Translations under genes and position numbers: made by a program | Part shown: positions 28,544 to 37,506 of the stretch, piece after piece | Position numbering within the stretch: position 1 is the stretch's first letter | How the letters are laid out: each line of letters begins with the position of its first letter | Assembly: GCA_004322205.1 (NCBI GenBank) | Contig: SCSN01000008.1 | Span: 18,370-82,369 of the forward strand | Direction: 5' to 3' | Length of the DNA stretch: 64,000 nucleotides | DNA from: Patescibacteria group bacterium | GTDB lineage: Bacteria > Patescibacteriota > Minisyncoccia > Phycocordibacterales > Zambryskibacteraceae | Notes under the pieces: generated by a model | What the model was told of the DNA's origin: nothing | The model's database searches: none | What the model saw: the letters and a program-made list of their open reading frames with translations, nothing else

Positions 28544-28650
28544 GCGTGCAAAAGACAAGAAAGTTTAAGAAAACTGTTGGATTCGCGGCGATAGGTGTAG
28601 GTCAAGTGCCACCCTTGCTTTTTATTTTAAGATTGTTATATTCAGCTCGC

Positions 28651-28869
28651 ATGAAAAAAGACATCCATCCTCAATATTTTGATAAGGCAAATGTCGTCTG
28701 CGCCTGCGGCAATACTTTTACCATTGGCTCGACAAAAGAACGAATCGAGGTGGAAATCTGCAGCGCCTGCCACCCCTTTTACACCGGCACCGAGAAAATC
28801 ATTGACTCCGCCGGACGAGTTGAGAAATTCAAATCCAGGCGCGCCAAAGCGGCAAAGAGCAAGAAATAA
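28651..28869 (+). CDS. rpmE: ribosomal protein L31
   Basis: MKKDIHPQY...CACG...[10 protein letters not shown] zinc-ribbon L31 pattern. Start trimmed to the ATG at 28651, 8 nt after an extended -10 (TGTTATATT). Confidence 0.9.
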   Translation: MKKDIHPQYFDKANVVCACGNTFTIGSTKERIEVEICSACHPFYTGTEKIIDSAGRVEKFKSRRAKAAKSKK

Positions 28870-28994
28870 CTAATAACGAGCGACAAACGACCGACCCCAA
28901 ACGAAATGACGACTGGCAGCGAGCTATTTCGTACGGGGCAGGCGACTGGCGACCTTAAAATCTTGCATTTGTCTTGTTTGTTGTTGGTTGAGAT

Positions 28995-29966
28995 ATGGAC
29001 TTAGAGAAATACAAAAGAAATAAAAAGACAGCGTACTTGGCAGAGTCCTATGAAAAACTTCTTGGGGAGGAGAAGGAAATTCTGGCTTTGTCAGAAAGTG
29101 ATCCTTCGATGAGAACATTGGCGCAGGATGAGTTCAAGGGGATCGGCGCTCGGAAGAGTGAGCTGGTAGCACGGATGGAGGAGTATTTAGCTGAAGAAAA
29201 AAGGCAAGAAGAGTCTCCTCGCGCAATCATTCTTGAAATCCGCGCCGGCGTAGGCGGAGAGGAAGCAACGCTTTTTGCGGCTTTGCTGGCAGCGATGTAT
29301 GAAAAGTATGTTCTCTCCTGCGGCTGGAGCTGGAAGGTTATTAACCAGTCGAGAGGCGATTTGGGTGGTTACAAGGAAGCCGCGTTTGAAGTTGGGGGCG
29401 ATGGTGTTTACGATGAACTGCGCTTTGAGACCGGCGTGCACCGCGTTCAGCGCATTCCCAAAACTGAAAAGTCGGGGCGGATTCACACCTCAACTGCTTC
29501 GGTCGCGATTCTGCCGCTGCGTAAGCGTGCGCAGATTGAAATTAATCCAGCAGATCTGGAAATTGAGTTTTCGCGCTCCGGCGGCAAGGGCGGGCAGAAT
29601 GTTAACAAAGTAGAGACAGCAGTGCGCATTATCCACAAGCCGACGGGTATTGATGTCCGCTCAACTTCGGAGCGCAGCCAGAAAGCCAATCGCGACAAAG
29701 CTCTGGCGATTCTATCGGCTAAGCTTGAAGCGATTGAAGAGGAAAAAGAGCTGCGCTCACGGGTGGAAGAAAGGAGAACCCAGATTGGCACTGCTCTGCG
29801 TTCGGAAAAAATTCGGACGTATAATTTTCTCCAGGATCGCCTGACTGATCATCGCTTGAATGAATCGTGGCATAACTTGGAAGGCATTCTCGCCGGTAAC
29901 CTCGGTCCGGTGGTTGAAGCGTTTAAAGCAGCCACATCAGCTAAGAAATCTGTTGCGCGGCAGTAA
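28995..29966 (+). CDS. prfA: peptide chain release factor 1
   Basis: GGQ motif ([11 protein letters not shown]) and the RF1-type tripeptide PKT in [17 protein letters not shown]. Confidence 0.9.
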   Translation: MDLEKYKRNKKTAYLAESYEKLLGEEKEILALSESDPSMRTLAQDEFKGIGARKSELVARMEEYLAEEKRQEESPRAIILEIRAGVGGEEATLFAALLAAMYEKYVLSCGWSWKVINQSRGDLGGYKEAAFEVGGDGVYDELRFETGVHRVQRIPKTEKSGRIHTSTASVAILPLRKRAQIEINPADLEIEFSRSGGKGGQNVNKVETAVRIIHKPTGIDVRSTSERSQKANRDKALAILSAKLEAIEEEKELRSRVEERRTQIGTALRSEKIRTYNFLQDRLTDHRLNESWHNLEGILAGNLGPVVEAFKAATSAKKSVARQ

Positions 29967-29997
29967 CAGATCTGTTAGGATAATTTTCGCTTCTGCT

Positions 29998-30762
29998 ATG
30001 GCAGAACACAGCAAAAACGAGTCACAACTTATTGATAAGCTCTTCGCAGCAGGAGCACATTTTGGTTTGATCCGCTCCCGCCGCCATCCCTCTGTTAAAC
30101 CTTTTCTCTTTGGTATAAAAAATCGGGTGGAGATTTTCGACCTGGTGAAAACGAGCGAAGCCCTACTTACGGCAAAGAATTTTGTAAAGCAAATCGGAGC
30201 GTCCGGCGGGATTTTGCTTTTCGTCGGCGGCAAAACTGAAGCTAAAGATGCCATAAGGGGGGGCACCGGTTCGATCTCGATGCCATACGTTGCCGGCCGC
30301 TGGCTGGGCGGGACACTCACCAACTTTGCCGAAATTCGCAAACGCATCGCAAAGCTTGTGGAGCTTACAGCGCAGCGAGAGAGGGGAGAACTTGCCAAAT
30401 ACACCAAAAAAGAGCGCGTGCTCATTGACCGAGAGATTGACCGCCTTCAGGAATTTTTCTCCGGCCTTGTAACACTTACGGCGCTGCCAAAGGCGCTCTT
30501 TGTAGTTGATCCGAGGCGGGAAATAAATGCCGTCCGCGAAGCGCGGCATCTCAAGATTCCCATCGTGGCATTGGCGAGCTCCGATTGTAATGTTCACGAG
30601 GTTGATTATCCCGTGCCAGGCAACGACGCTTCGAAGGCAAGTATAGAGTTTGTTGTTAGCGAAATAGTCTCCGCTTTTGCGGAAGGAAGAAAGGCGGCGC
30701 CGGCGGCAGCGGCGGCGGAGAGTGGAGCGAGTGAGGCGGGGGAAGTTACATTAAGGCGATGA
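29998..30762 (+). CDS. rpsB: ribosomal protein S2
   Basis: LFAAGAHFG...ILFVGGKTEA pattern with an Ala-rich C-terminal extension. Start trimmed to the ATG at 29998, after the prfA stop. Confidence 0.9.
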   Translation: MAEHSKNESQLIDKLFAAGAHFGLIRSRRHPSVKPFLFGIKNRVEIFDLVKTSEALLTAKNFVKQIGASGGILLFVGGKTEAKDAIRGGTGSISMPYVAGRWLGGTLTNFAEIRKRIAKLVELTAQRERGELAKYTKKERVLIDREIDRLQEFFSGLVTLTALPKALFVVDPRREINAVREARHLKIPIVALASSDCNVHEVDYPVPGNDASKASIEFVVSEIVSAFAEGRKAAPAAAAAESGASEAGEVTLRR

Positions 30763-31343
30763 TTACTGCAGAACAAGTCAGGCAATTGCGCAGTAAAACC
30801 GGGCTTTCCGTTATGCAGTGCCGGAAGGCGCTTGAAGAAGCGGACGGTGATATGGAGAGAGCCGCTTTTCTCCTGCGGCAGAAAGGCGGGGAAGCTCTCA
30901 AGAATAAATCCGGGAGGGCGCTTTCGGCGGGTGTAGTTTCATCTTATATTCACAACACCGGCACTGTCGGGGCAATTGTTGAGCTTTTCTGCGAGACAGA
31001 TTTTGTGGCGAAGAATGAGGAATTTCGGGCGCTTGCCCACGATGTCGCTATGCAGGTGGCGGCGACCGATCCGCAGTTTTTGAATCTCGAGGACATAACG
31101 CCGGAAGTAAAAAAGTCTGTGGAGGAAATTTTTCTCCCGGAAGTTGGAGACATACCCCGGGATCTCAAGAAAAAAATCCTGGAAGAAAAACTTCGAGCGC
31201 ATCTCGGCGAGCGGACGCTAATGGAGCAGCCCTTTATCAAAAACCCGGAGCTTACGGTGAGCAGTCTAGTTGCCGGGGCGGTGCAGAAATTTGGCGAAAG
31301 AATTGAGATCAGGCGTTTTGCTCGTTTTTCAACTCAAGGCTAA
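30759..31343 (+). CDS. tsf: translation elongation factor Ts
   Basis: The N-terminal LRSKTGLSVMQCRKALEEADGD is the UBA-like EF-Ts signature. This is the short 194-aa form. Confidence 0.9.
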   Translation: MITAEQVRQLRSKTGLSVMQCRKALEEADGDMERAAFLLRQKGGEALKNKSGRALSAGVVSSYIHNTGTVGAIVELFCETDFVAKNEEFRALAHDVAMQVAATDPQFLNLEDITPEVKKSVEEIFLPEVGDIPRDLKKKILEEKLRAHLGERTLMEQPFIKNPELTVSSLVAGAVQKFGERIEIRRFARFSTQG

Positions 31344-31344
31344 T

Positions 31345-31755
31345 ATGTTTCTCACTATAGTATTTTTCTTTTCCCTGGCGGGACTTGTGGTCCTTGTCGG
31401 TCTCAAGGTCTATGAGTTTAGGAGCGGCAGACGAGTAATCTCCCGCAGCTTACTTGCAAAGTGGAATGCGGTTCTTCACCGCGAGACGGCGCGCGGCCGC
31501 GGACGGCTTACTGTCGCCCGGGAGCGCGGCAGAGTCTTTCTCGTTCGTGAACTACCTAGGCACTCCGAAGCGCTCGTCGACATGCTGCGGCGTGAATTTG
31601 AGAGGGCATACCAGAAGTTTCTGGAGAAGGTACGGGGAAGCCGAGTGCTTCACTCAAACGGCAAAGTTTCCGACTTTTTGGAAAAAATCTCTGAAGAGAG
31701 AAAAAATGGGAAGAAGAATAATTCTAGCAATACCTCGAGCACAACACAAACCTAG
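31345..31755 (+). CDS. hypothetical membrane-anchored protein
   Basis: ATG 1 nt after the tsf stop. One TM helix, then an Arg-rich soluble region. Confidence 0.45.
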   Translation: MFLTIVFFFSLAGLVVLVGLKVYEFRSGRRVISRSLLAKWNAVLHRETARGRGRLTVARERGRVFLVRELPRHSEALVDMLRREFERAYQKFLEKVRGSRVLHSNGKVSDFLEKISEERKNGKKNNSSNTSSTTQT

Positions 31756-31798
31756 CTTTTGAAATTTGCGGGCTTTGCGTTAGAATTCTTTCGGACTT

Positions 31799-31870
31799 GC
31801 CGCCTTAGCTCAATGGTAGAGCACTCGCTTTGTAAGCGAATGGTTCCCGGTTCAAGTCCGGGAGGCGGCT
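31799..31870 (+). tRNA. tRNA-Thr (anticodon UGU)
   Basis: Hand fold: acceptor GCCGCCT/AGGCGGC, D-arm GCTC...GAGC, anticodon loop TTTGTAA, T-arm CCCGG-TTCAAGT-CCGGG. CCA is not encoded. Confidence 0.8.
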
Positions 31871-31877
31871 CAAGAAT

Positions 31878-31905
31878 TTGATTTTTATTTGCCCAGAGCT
31901 ATAAT
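31878..31905 (+). promoter_or_regulatory. promoter TTGATT-16-TATAAT
   Basis: Immediately downstream of the tRNA. Drives a GC-rich non-coding stretch. Confidence 0.4.
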
Positions 31906-31911
31906 GTTAAA

Positions 31912-32128
31912 TGCAACGGTAATCGGAGAGATGCGACTATCTTCGGGAGTCTATAGCTGTTGCTTCTACGGGGGCGCCGGGCATCGCCTTATAAAGCTGC
32001 CTAATTCTCATAATCAGTGAAGGGTGGAGCCTGATCGTAGCCATCCGGAGAGAGAAGAGCGATCACCCACGATCGTCGCAATCGGTGGGCCGGGCGCTGG
32101 GTCTTGATGACCAGCGCCCTACTCTTTT
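31912..32128 (+). ncRNA. candidate small structured RNA of about 215 nt (identity unresolved)
   Basis: GC-rich, no ORF, and ends in the hairpin GGGCGCTGG...CCAGCGCCC plus TACTCTTTTGTT (32091-32130). Confidence 0.25.
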
Positions 32129-32232
32129 GTTATAATTTGCCGAGTAGAAAAAGAGTCTGTACAGAAGAAGATTTCTGAAATTAAAACCGCTTCCAAGATT
32201 TGACTTTCGGGCAAGAAACAGAGGTAAAACCC

Positions 32233-32580
32233 ATGATGACTTCTAGAAAATTCCAGCGTACCAAGGAAGACTTCACCTGCGAGAGGTGCGGTTTCTTTGT
32301 ACGCGGGAGCGGCTACACCAATCACTGTCCGCAGTGTTTGTGGAGTAAGCACGTTGACGTGAATCCCGGCGACCGCGAGGCGCGATGTCAAGGACTCATG
32401 GAACCCGTAGGCGTGGAACTCAAGGGCGGAGAATACACCATTCTCCATCGCTGCGTCTCTTGCGGTTTTGAGAAGCGGAACAAGGCGGCGAAGGACGATA
32501 ACTTCACGCCATCCTTCAGCCAACCGCCGGAATTTTTGATAAGTAGGTTCCCCCCAGAGGCGGGCAGGCGAGCGCAGTGA
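32233..32580 (+). CDS. RNHCP-domain zinc-ribbon protein
   Basis: CERCG ... YTNHCPQC ... CVSCG cysteine pairs with the (R/T)NHCP motif. AGAGGT RBS 7 nt upstream, and an extended -10 (TGTTATAAT) at 32127-32135. Confidence 0.55.
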   Translation: MMTSRKFQRTKEDFTCERCGFFVRGSGYTNHCPQCLWSKHVDVNPGDREARCQGLMEPVGVELKGGEYTILHRCVSCGFEKRNKAAKDDNFTPSFSQPPEFLISRFPPEAGRRAQ

Positions 32581-32648
32581 TAAAGATACTCCACGATTAG
32601 ACTTTCGGACAGAGCACCCACTTTTTGACTAACAAAAACGCTAAGTCT

Positions 32649-32672
32649 TAATGTATCATATATGATACATTA
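32649..32672. repeat. palindrome family member 3 (TAATGTATCATATATGATACATTA, perfect 24 bp)
   Basis: Between the RNHCP gene and the GH1 gene. Confidence 0.55.
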
Positions 32673-32726
32673 GGGAGTGTTATGTCAGCGACACGGAGTG
32701 TTATAATTTGCTGATATAATTGGGTT

Positions 32727-33869
32727 ATGGAAAGATTCCCAAAGGGTTTTCTGTGGGGCAGTGCGACTTCTTCCTATCAAGTTGAAGGGGGGATTGAGAA
32801 TAACGATTGGGCGGAAGCGGCTAGGGAGGGAAAGGTGCCGGTCTGCGGCAGGGCAACTGACCACTACAATCGCTACGAGAGCGATTTTGATATTGCTAAA
32901 TCTTTGGGACAAAATGCCCATCGCTTATCAATAGAGTGGGCGAGGATTGAGCCGGAAGAAGGGCGTTTTGACGAGCGCGAAATCGAACATTATAGAAAAG
33001 TCCTGCGGTCGCTTCGTGCGCGCAACCTTGAGCCATTTGTGACACTTTGGCACTTCACCTTACCCCTTTGGTTTTCAAAAAAGGGGGGATTTCAAAATTT
33101 TGATGCTCCGAAACTATTCGCACGGTATTGCAGTTATGTCGTAGAAAAACTAGGTAGCGAAGCACAATACTGGATTACAATAAACGAACCACTTGTTTGG
33201 GCGTCAGTTGGTTACAGGACAGGAAAATGGCCGCCGTTTAAAAAAAATATTTTTTCATTCATTTTCATAATCAACCAACTTGTCAAAGCCCACAGTTTAT
33301 CTTACGAAAGAATGAAAAAGGCCTCGCTCAATGTATTGGTGGGAATCGCCAAAAACAATATTCATTTCGATTCAAATATCTTGCCTTGGAATACGCTGCT
33401 TTATTTTCTAGCGAATTGGTTCTGGAATGAGAGATTCTTAAATAAAATTAAGAATTATCAAGATTTTATTGGCTTAAACTATTATTTTCATAAGAAGTTT
33501 GGGGTGAAAGAAAAACTAGAAAGAACCGATATGGGATGGTGTGTATTTCCGCAAGGTCTATACCGTCTTTTGGTAGATTTAAAGAAGTATGGCAAACCGA
33601 TTTATATTACGGAAAGCGGAATAGCTGACGCCAACGACAGTAAAAGAGCGAATTTTATTCGTGATCATGTTGTATTTGTTAAGAAAGCCATAGACGAAGG
33701 TGCGGATGTCCGTGGTTACTTCTACTGGTCGCTACTTGATAACTACGAGTGGGCGTCCGGCTTTAAAGAGAGGTTTGGGCTGGTTGAAGTAAATTACGAG
33801 ACTCTGGAAAGGAAGATAAGACCATCTGCTTTTATCTACAAGAAAATAGCGGAAAGTAGTCTATTATAA
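32727..33869 (+). CDS. glycoside hydrolase family 1 (beta-glucosidase-like)
   Basis: FPKGFLWGSATSSYQVEGG N-terminal signature, acid/base TINEP and nucleophile YITESG. At 380 aa it is shorter than typical GH1. Confidence 0.85.
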   Translation: MERFPKGFLWGSATSSYQVEGGIENNDWAEAAREGKVPVCGRATDHYNRYESDFDIAKSLGQNAHRLSIEWARIEPEEGRFDEREIEHYRKVLRSLRARNLEPFVTLWHFTLPLWFSKKGGFQNFDAPKLFARYCSYVVEKLGSEAQYWITINEPLVWASVGYRTGKWPPFKKNIFSFIFIINQLVKAHSLSYERMKKASLNVLVGIAKNNIHFDSNILPWNTLLYFLANWFWNERFLNKIKNYQDFIGLNYYFHKKFGVKEKLERTDMGWCVFPQGLYRLLVDLKKYGKPIYITESGIADANDSKRANFIRDHVVFVKKAIDEGADVRGYFYWSLLDNYEWASGFKERFGLVEVNYETLERKIRPSAFIYKKIAESSLL

Positions 33870-33874
33870 TATAA

Positions 33875-34771
33875 ATGTCACCACATTTACTGTCGATTGT
33901 GTTTGTATTTTTTGGTCAGTTTCTGAATGCTTCGGTTGTTTTGATTGACAAGTACATAGTTACCCGCACCGACGTGTCTCATCCTCGCGTCTATGCATTC
34001 TATGTGGGTATGATTTCCGGAGTGGTGATTTTCCTCCTCCCGTTTGGGGCGGTTCGCGCGCCTGACCTTTACACCGTGGTGATGTCACTTATTATCGGTC
34101 TTGTTTTTATCTCTTCTATCGTTTTTCTTTTTTCAGCATTGAAACATGCTAATGCTACTGATGTGGTTGCTTGGCTTGCCGCAGTTTCCACTCTGACAAC
34201 ATTTGTGGCCGGTTCCTTGGTTCTCAGTGAAAATCTGCCGAAGCTGTTTCCCGTTGTGCTAATCTTTTTTATTATCGGGATGATTCTTGTCGGACATTTC
34301 CGTTTCCACGCAAGGTCGTTTGTTTTTGTTGTTTTTTCCGGCATTTTGTTTGGACTCTCCGTCGTGTTTGTAAAGATGCTCTTTAATCACACCGACTTCG
34401 TCAATGGATTTTTCTGGTCGAGAATGGGTAATGTCGTCGGAGCAGTTTCTCTCCTTCTTGTCTCGGAGGTTCGACAGTCGGTATTTCAAACCTCAAGAGC
34501 GATTTCTCGGAAGACAAGCTCACTGATAATTTTCAACAGAGTGCTAAGCGGAGCGGCTTTCCTCTCTATTCTTTATGCCATTCGTCTCGGCTCGGCTTCG
34601 ATTGTAAATGCTCTGTCGTCACTCCAATTCGTATTCGTTTTCCTTATGGTTTTTCTCCTTAGAAAAAAGTTGGCGCATCTTTATGAGCATGAATTCCGTC
34701 ATGGTCATATTTTGCACAAGGTCTTGGCCATGATCTTCATTGCCGCCGGTTTTCTCGCACTCTTTCTATGA
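33875..34771 (+). CDS. polytopic membrane protein, DMT/EamA-like transporter (putative)
   Basis: About 10 predicted TM helices. The family assignment is by general topology only. Confidence 0.45.
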   Translation: MSPHLLSIVFVFFGQFLNASVVLIDKYIVTRTDVSHPRVYAFYVGMISGVVIFLLPFGAVRAPDLYTVVMSLIIGLVFISSIVFLFSALKHANATDVVAWLAAVSTLTTFVAGSLVLSENLPKLFPVVLIFFIIGMILVGHFRFHARSFVFVVFSGILFGLSVVFVKMLFNHTDFVNGFFWSRMGNVVGAVSLLLVSEVRQSVFQTSRAISRKTSSLIIFNRVLSGAAFLSILYAIRLGSASIVNALSSLQFVFVFLMVFLLRKKLAHLYEHEFRHGHILHKVLAMIFIAAGFLALFL

Positions 34772-35772
34772 AGGTTTTTAAAAAAATTTTAAAAGTCTCT
34801 ATTTTTGTTTTTTTAACACTCCTGGCTCTTCTCCTTGTTTTATCTGTTCGAAAAAACCCTGAAACCATTTTCTACGGCGCTTCGTTTAGCAAACTACGGT
34901 CTGACGAGCTTGGACTTGATTGGGAAAAAGTATATATGGCGGTTCTTGACGATTTAGGAGTGAGAAAGTTGCGTCTTTCGGCGCATTGGCCAATGGTTGA
35001 ACCGGAGAGAGACAACTTTAATTTCTCGGAATTGGATTTTCAGATCAGAGAGGCGGAAAAAAGAGAGGTGGGGGTTATCCTCTCTATTGGTAGGAGACTG
35101 CCCGACTGGCCAGAGTGTCATGTCCCGGGGTGGGCTAAGAGTCTATCTTGGGAAGAGCAGAAAGAGAGAATTCTGCTCGTAATTGAAAAGTTAGTTACTC
35201 GATATAAGAATTATGAGAACTTGCAATACTGGCAGGTCGAAAACGAGCCGTTCCTTGAAATTTTTGCCAAAGAGCACTGCGGTGATCTCGATCAGGATTT
35301 TCTAAAAAAAGAGATTGATCTCGTAAAACGTCTTGACCCAAAGCATCCTATACTTGTGACTGACAGTGGTAACCTTGGATTATGGTACGGAGCTTGGAGA
35401 TCTGGCGACGCCTTCGGAACAAGTGTTTATATGTATCTTTGGAACCCGGAACTGGGTCAGATTAAAAGTGTATATCTCCCTTCTTTCTATAAGTTAAAAA
35501 CCAATCTCATGACGCTTCTTTTTGGCAAAAAGGAAAGTCTTCTGATTGAACTGTCTCTAGAACCGTGGCTTATTGCGCCAGCGCTCGACAATCCGATTGA
35601 AGTTCAAATTGACAGGATGAGTCTAGATAAATTCGAGGAGGTTATTGTCTTTGCCCGCAAAACCGGTTTTGTCGAGCAGTATCTCTGGGGCGCGGAATGG
35701 TGGTATTGGATGAAAGGTCGCGGACATGGGGAATATTGGGAGAGAGCAAAAATTTTATTTCAGAGCCAATAA
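34768..35772 (+). CDS. membrane-anchored clan GH-A glycoside hydrolase (GH5/GH42-like TIM barrel)
   Basis: N-terminal TM, then HWPMVEPERDNFNF ... YWQVENEP (an NEP catalytic acid motif). Confidence 0.5.
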   Translation: MKVFKKILKVSIFVFLTLLALLLVLSVRKNPETIFYGASFSKLRSDELGLDWEKVYMAVLDDLGVRKLRLSAHWPMVEPERDNFNFSELDFQIREAEKREVGVILSIGRRLPDWPECHVPGWAKSLSWEEQKERILLVIEKLVTRYKNYENLQYWQVENEPFLEIFAKEHCGDLDQDFLKKEIDLVKRLDPKHPILVTDSGNLGLWYGAWRSGDAFGTSVYMYLWNPELGQIKSVYLPSFYKLKTNLMTLLFGKKESLLIELSLEPWLIAPALDNPIEVQIDRMSLDKFEEVIVFARKTGFVEQYLWGAEWWYWMKGRGHGEYWERAKILFQSQ

Positions 35773-35844
35773 CGTCTTATGGTCTGACTGGCAGAGAGCA
35801 CAAACTTTTGCTAGATTGAGTTCCTTAAACTTTTCACTGTAAGA

Positions 35845-37377
35845 ATGAGTTATAAATTAACCCCTTACTTCAAGGTTGGCCGCGCCTCGGATCTGCAAGG
35901 AAAAGACAGGGTTCTTTACCGTGCGCTGGAAATACTCCCCGGTTTCTTGTCATGGACTACCCTGATAACGGCTGTTCTACTTTCAATTTTCGCACCCGTG
36001 ACGGCGGCGTATTTTATTATTGCGCTGGACGTCTATTGGCTGCTGAAGACTGCTTACCTGTCGCTTCATTTGAGACACAACTGGAAACGGATACGCTATA
36101 ACCTATCGGTTAATTGGTCGGAGATGCTCTCCAAGATGAAGTACGAACATATTTTTCATCTTGTGATCCTGCCTTACTACAAGGAAGATTTAGCTGTTGT
36201 GGAGCAGAGCATCAGGTCTCTTCTTGAGACCGAATACGACAAAAAGAAAATGGCAGTTGTGCTGGCGGTTGAAGAAAGAGCAGGAGAGAAAGCGATAGAG
36301 ATCGGCAAGGCTATTGAAGGGCGATACGCGAAAAAGTTCGGTCATTTTCTGGTCACTGTTCACCCAGCCGATGTTCCCGGTGAGATGGCTGGCAAGGGCT
36401 CAAATATCTCATATGCGGCCGAGGAAGCGAGGAAAAAAATACTTGATCCGAGCCGCATTCCCTATAAAGATGTAATTGTTTCCGCTTTTGATGTGGACAC
36501 TGTGGCTTACGAGCAATATTTCTTGTGTTTGACTTGGCATTTTCTCACCTCAGCCGACCCATACAAGGTGTCGTTTCAACCTGTTCCTTTTTACAACAAC
36601 AACATCTGGCAGGCGCCAGCAATTTCGCGGGTGGCGGCCGGCTCAAGTACTTTCTGGCAAATGATGCAGCAGGAGAGGCCGGAGAAGCTTGCCACCTTCT
36701 CTTCTCATTCAGTAAGTTTTCAGTCGCTTTATGAAGTTGGTTATTGGCAGAAAAATATGGTTTCAGAAGATTCGCGCATTTTCTGGAATCTCTTTGTTGC
36801 TCGAAGCGGCGATTATTCCGTCGTGCCTCTTTCTTACCCGGTTTCGATGGATGCCAATCTTGCTCCTTCGTTGTGGCAGACGATGAAAAATATTTACCGC
36901 CAGCAGCGGCGTTGGACTTGGGGAGTTGAGAATATTCCCTATATTCTTTTCGCCTTTATAAAAAACAAGGCTATTCCTTTTTGTACCAGACTGAGAGTCG
37001 CGTTTGTACAGATGGAAGGTTTTTGGTCATTGGCTACAAATCCGATCATGATATTTTTGCTCGGTTGGTTGCCGGTAATTCTCGGAGGGGAGCGTTTTAA
37101 TAAAACAATTCTTTCGTATAATCTGCCGGTTTTGACTAGGAATATAATGATTGTGGCTATGTTGGGACTGGTTCTTTCTTCCGTTATCTTCATTTCATTT
37201 CTGCCGGAACGACCGAAGGAGAGGGGGAAATTAGCAAAATTGTCTATGGTACTGCAATGGATTCTCATTCCCTTTACCATAGTAGTTTTTGGAGCAATAC
37301 CCGGGCTTGATGCTCAAACACGGCTTATGTTTGGGAAATACCTTGGTTTTTGGGTAACACCTAAGCATAGGAAATGA
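35845..37377 (+). CDS. integral-membrane family 2 glycosyltransferase (processive, cellulose/chitin-synthase-like)
   Basis: DxD-type region (AFDVDT) and the QQRRWTWG (QxxRW) processivity motif, flanked by multiple TM helices. Confidence 0.6.
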   Translation: MSYKLTPYFKVGRASDLQGKDRVLYRALEILPGFLSWTTLITAVLLSIFAPVTAAYFIIALDVYWLLKTAYLSLHLRHNWKRIRYNLSVNWSEMLSKMKYEHIFHLVILPYYKEDLAVVEQSIRSLLETEYDKKKMAVVLAVEERAGEKAIEIGKAIEGRYAKKFGHFLVTVHPADVPGEMAGKGSNISYAAEEARKKILDPSRIPYKDVIVSAFDVDTVAYEQYFLCLTWHFLTSADPYKVSFQPVPFYNNNIWQAPAISRVAAGSSTFWQMMQQERPEKLATFSSHSVSFQSLYEVGYWQKNMVSEDSRIFWNLFVARSGDYSVVPLSYPVSMDANLAPSLWQTMKNIYRQQRRWTWGVENIPYILFAFIKNKAIPFCTRLRVAFVQMEGFWSLATNPIMIFLLGWLPVILGGERFNKTILSYNLPVLTRNIMIVAMLGLVLSSVIFISFLPERPKERGKLAKLSMVLQWILIPFTIVVFGAIPGLDAQTRLMFGKYLGFWVTPKHRK

Positions 37378-37378
37378 A

Positions 37379-37506
37379 TCCCGTTAGAAGCTGCGAAAAT
37401 CGGACTTATAATAATATGTCAATGATGGTTCGATACAATCGAAAGAGGAATAATAATCTTAAAACTTCAAGCAGAAACAGCCAGTCCGTTTCCTGCTTCT
37501 AACGGG
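37379..37506. repeat. second copy of the MITE-like element (TCCCGTTAGAAGC ... GCTTCTAACGGG)
   Basis: Left repeat at 37379-37391, inverted copy at 37495-37506, which directly abuts the ATG at 37507. The interior is AT-rich and 128 bp long. Confidence 0.45.

Noticed and set aside
30241-30290. GGTTCGATCTCG T-loop-like string suggesting a tRNA
   Set aside because: It lies inside the rpsB coding sequence in frame, and no cloverleaf can be formed around it.
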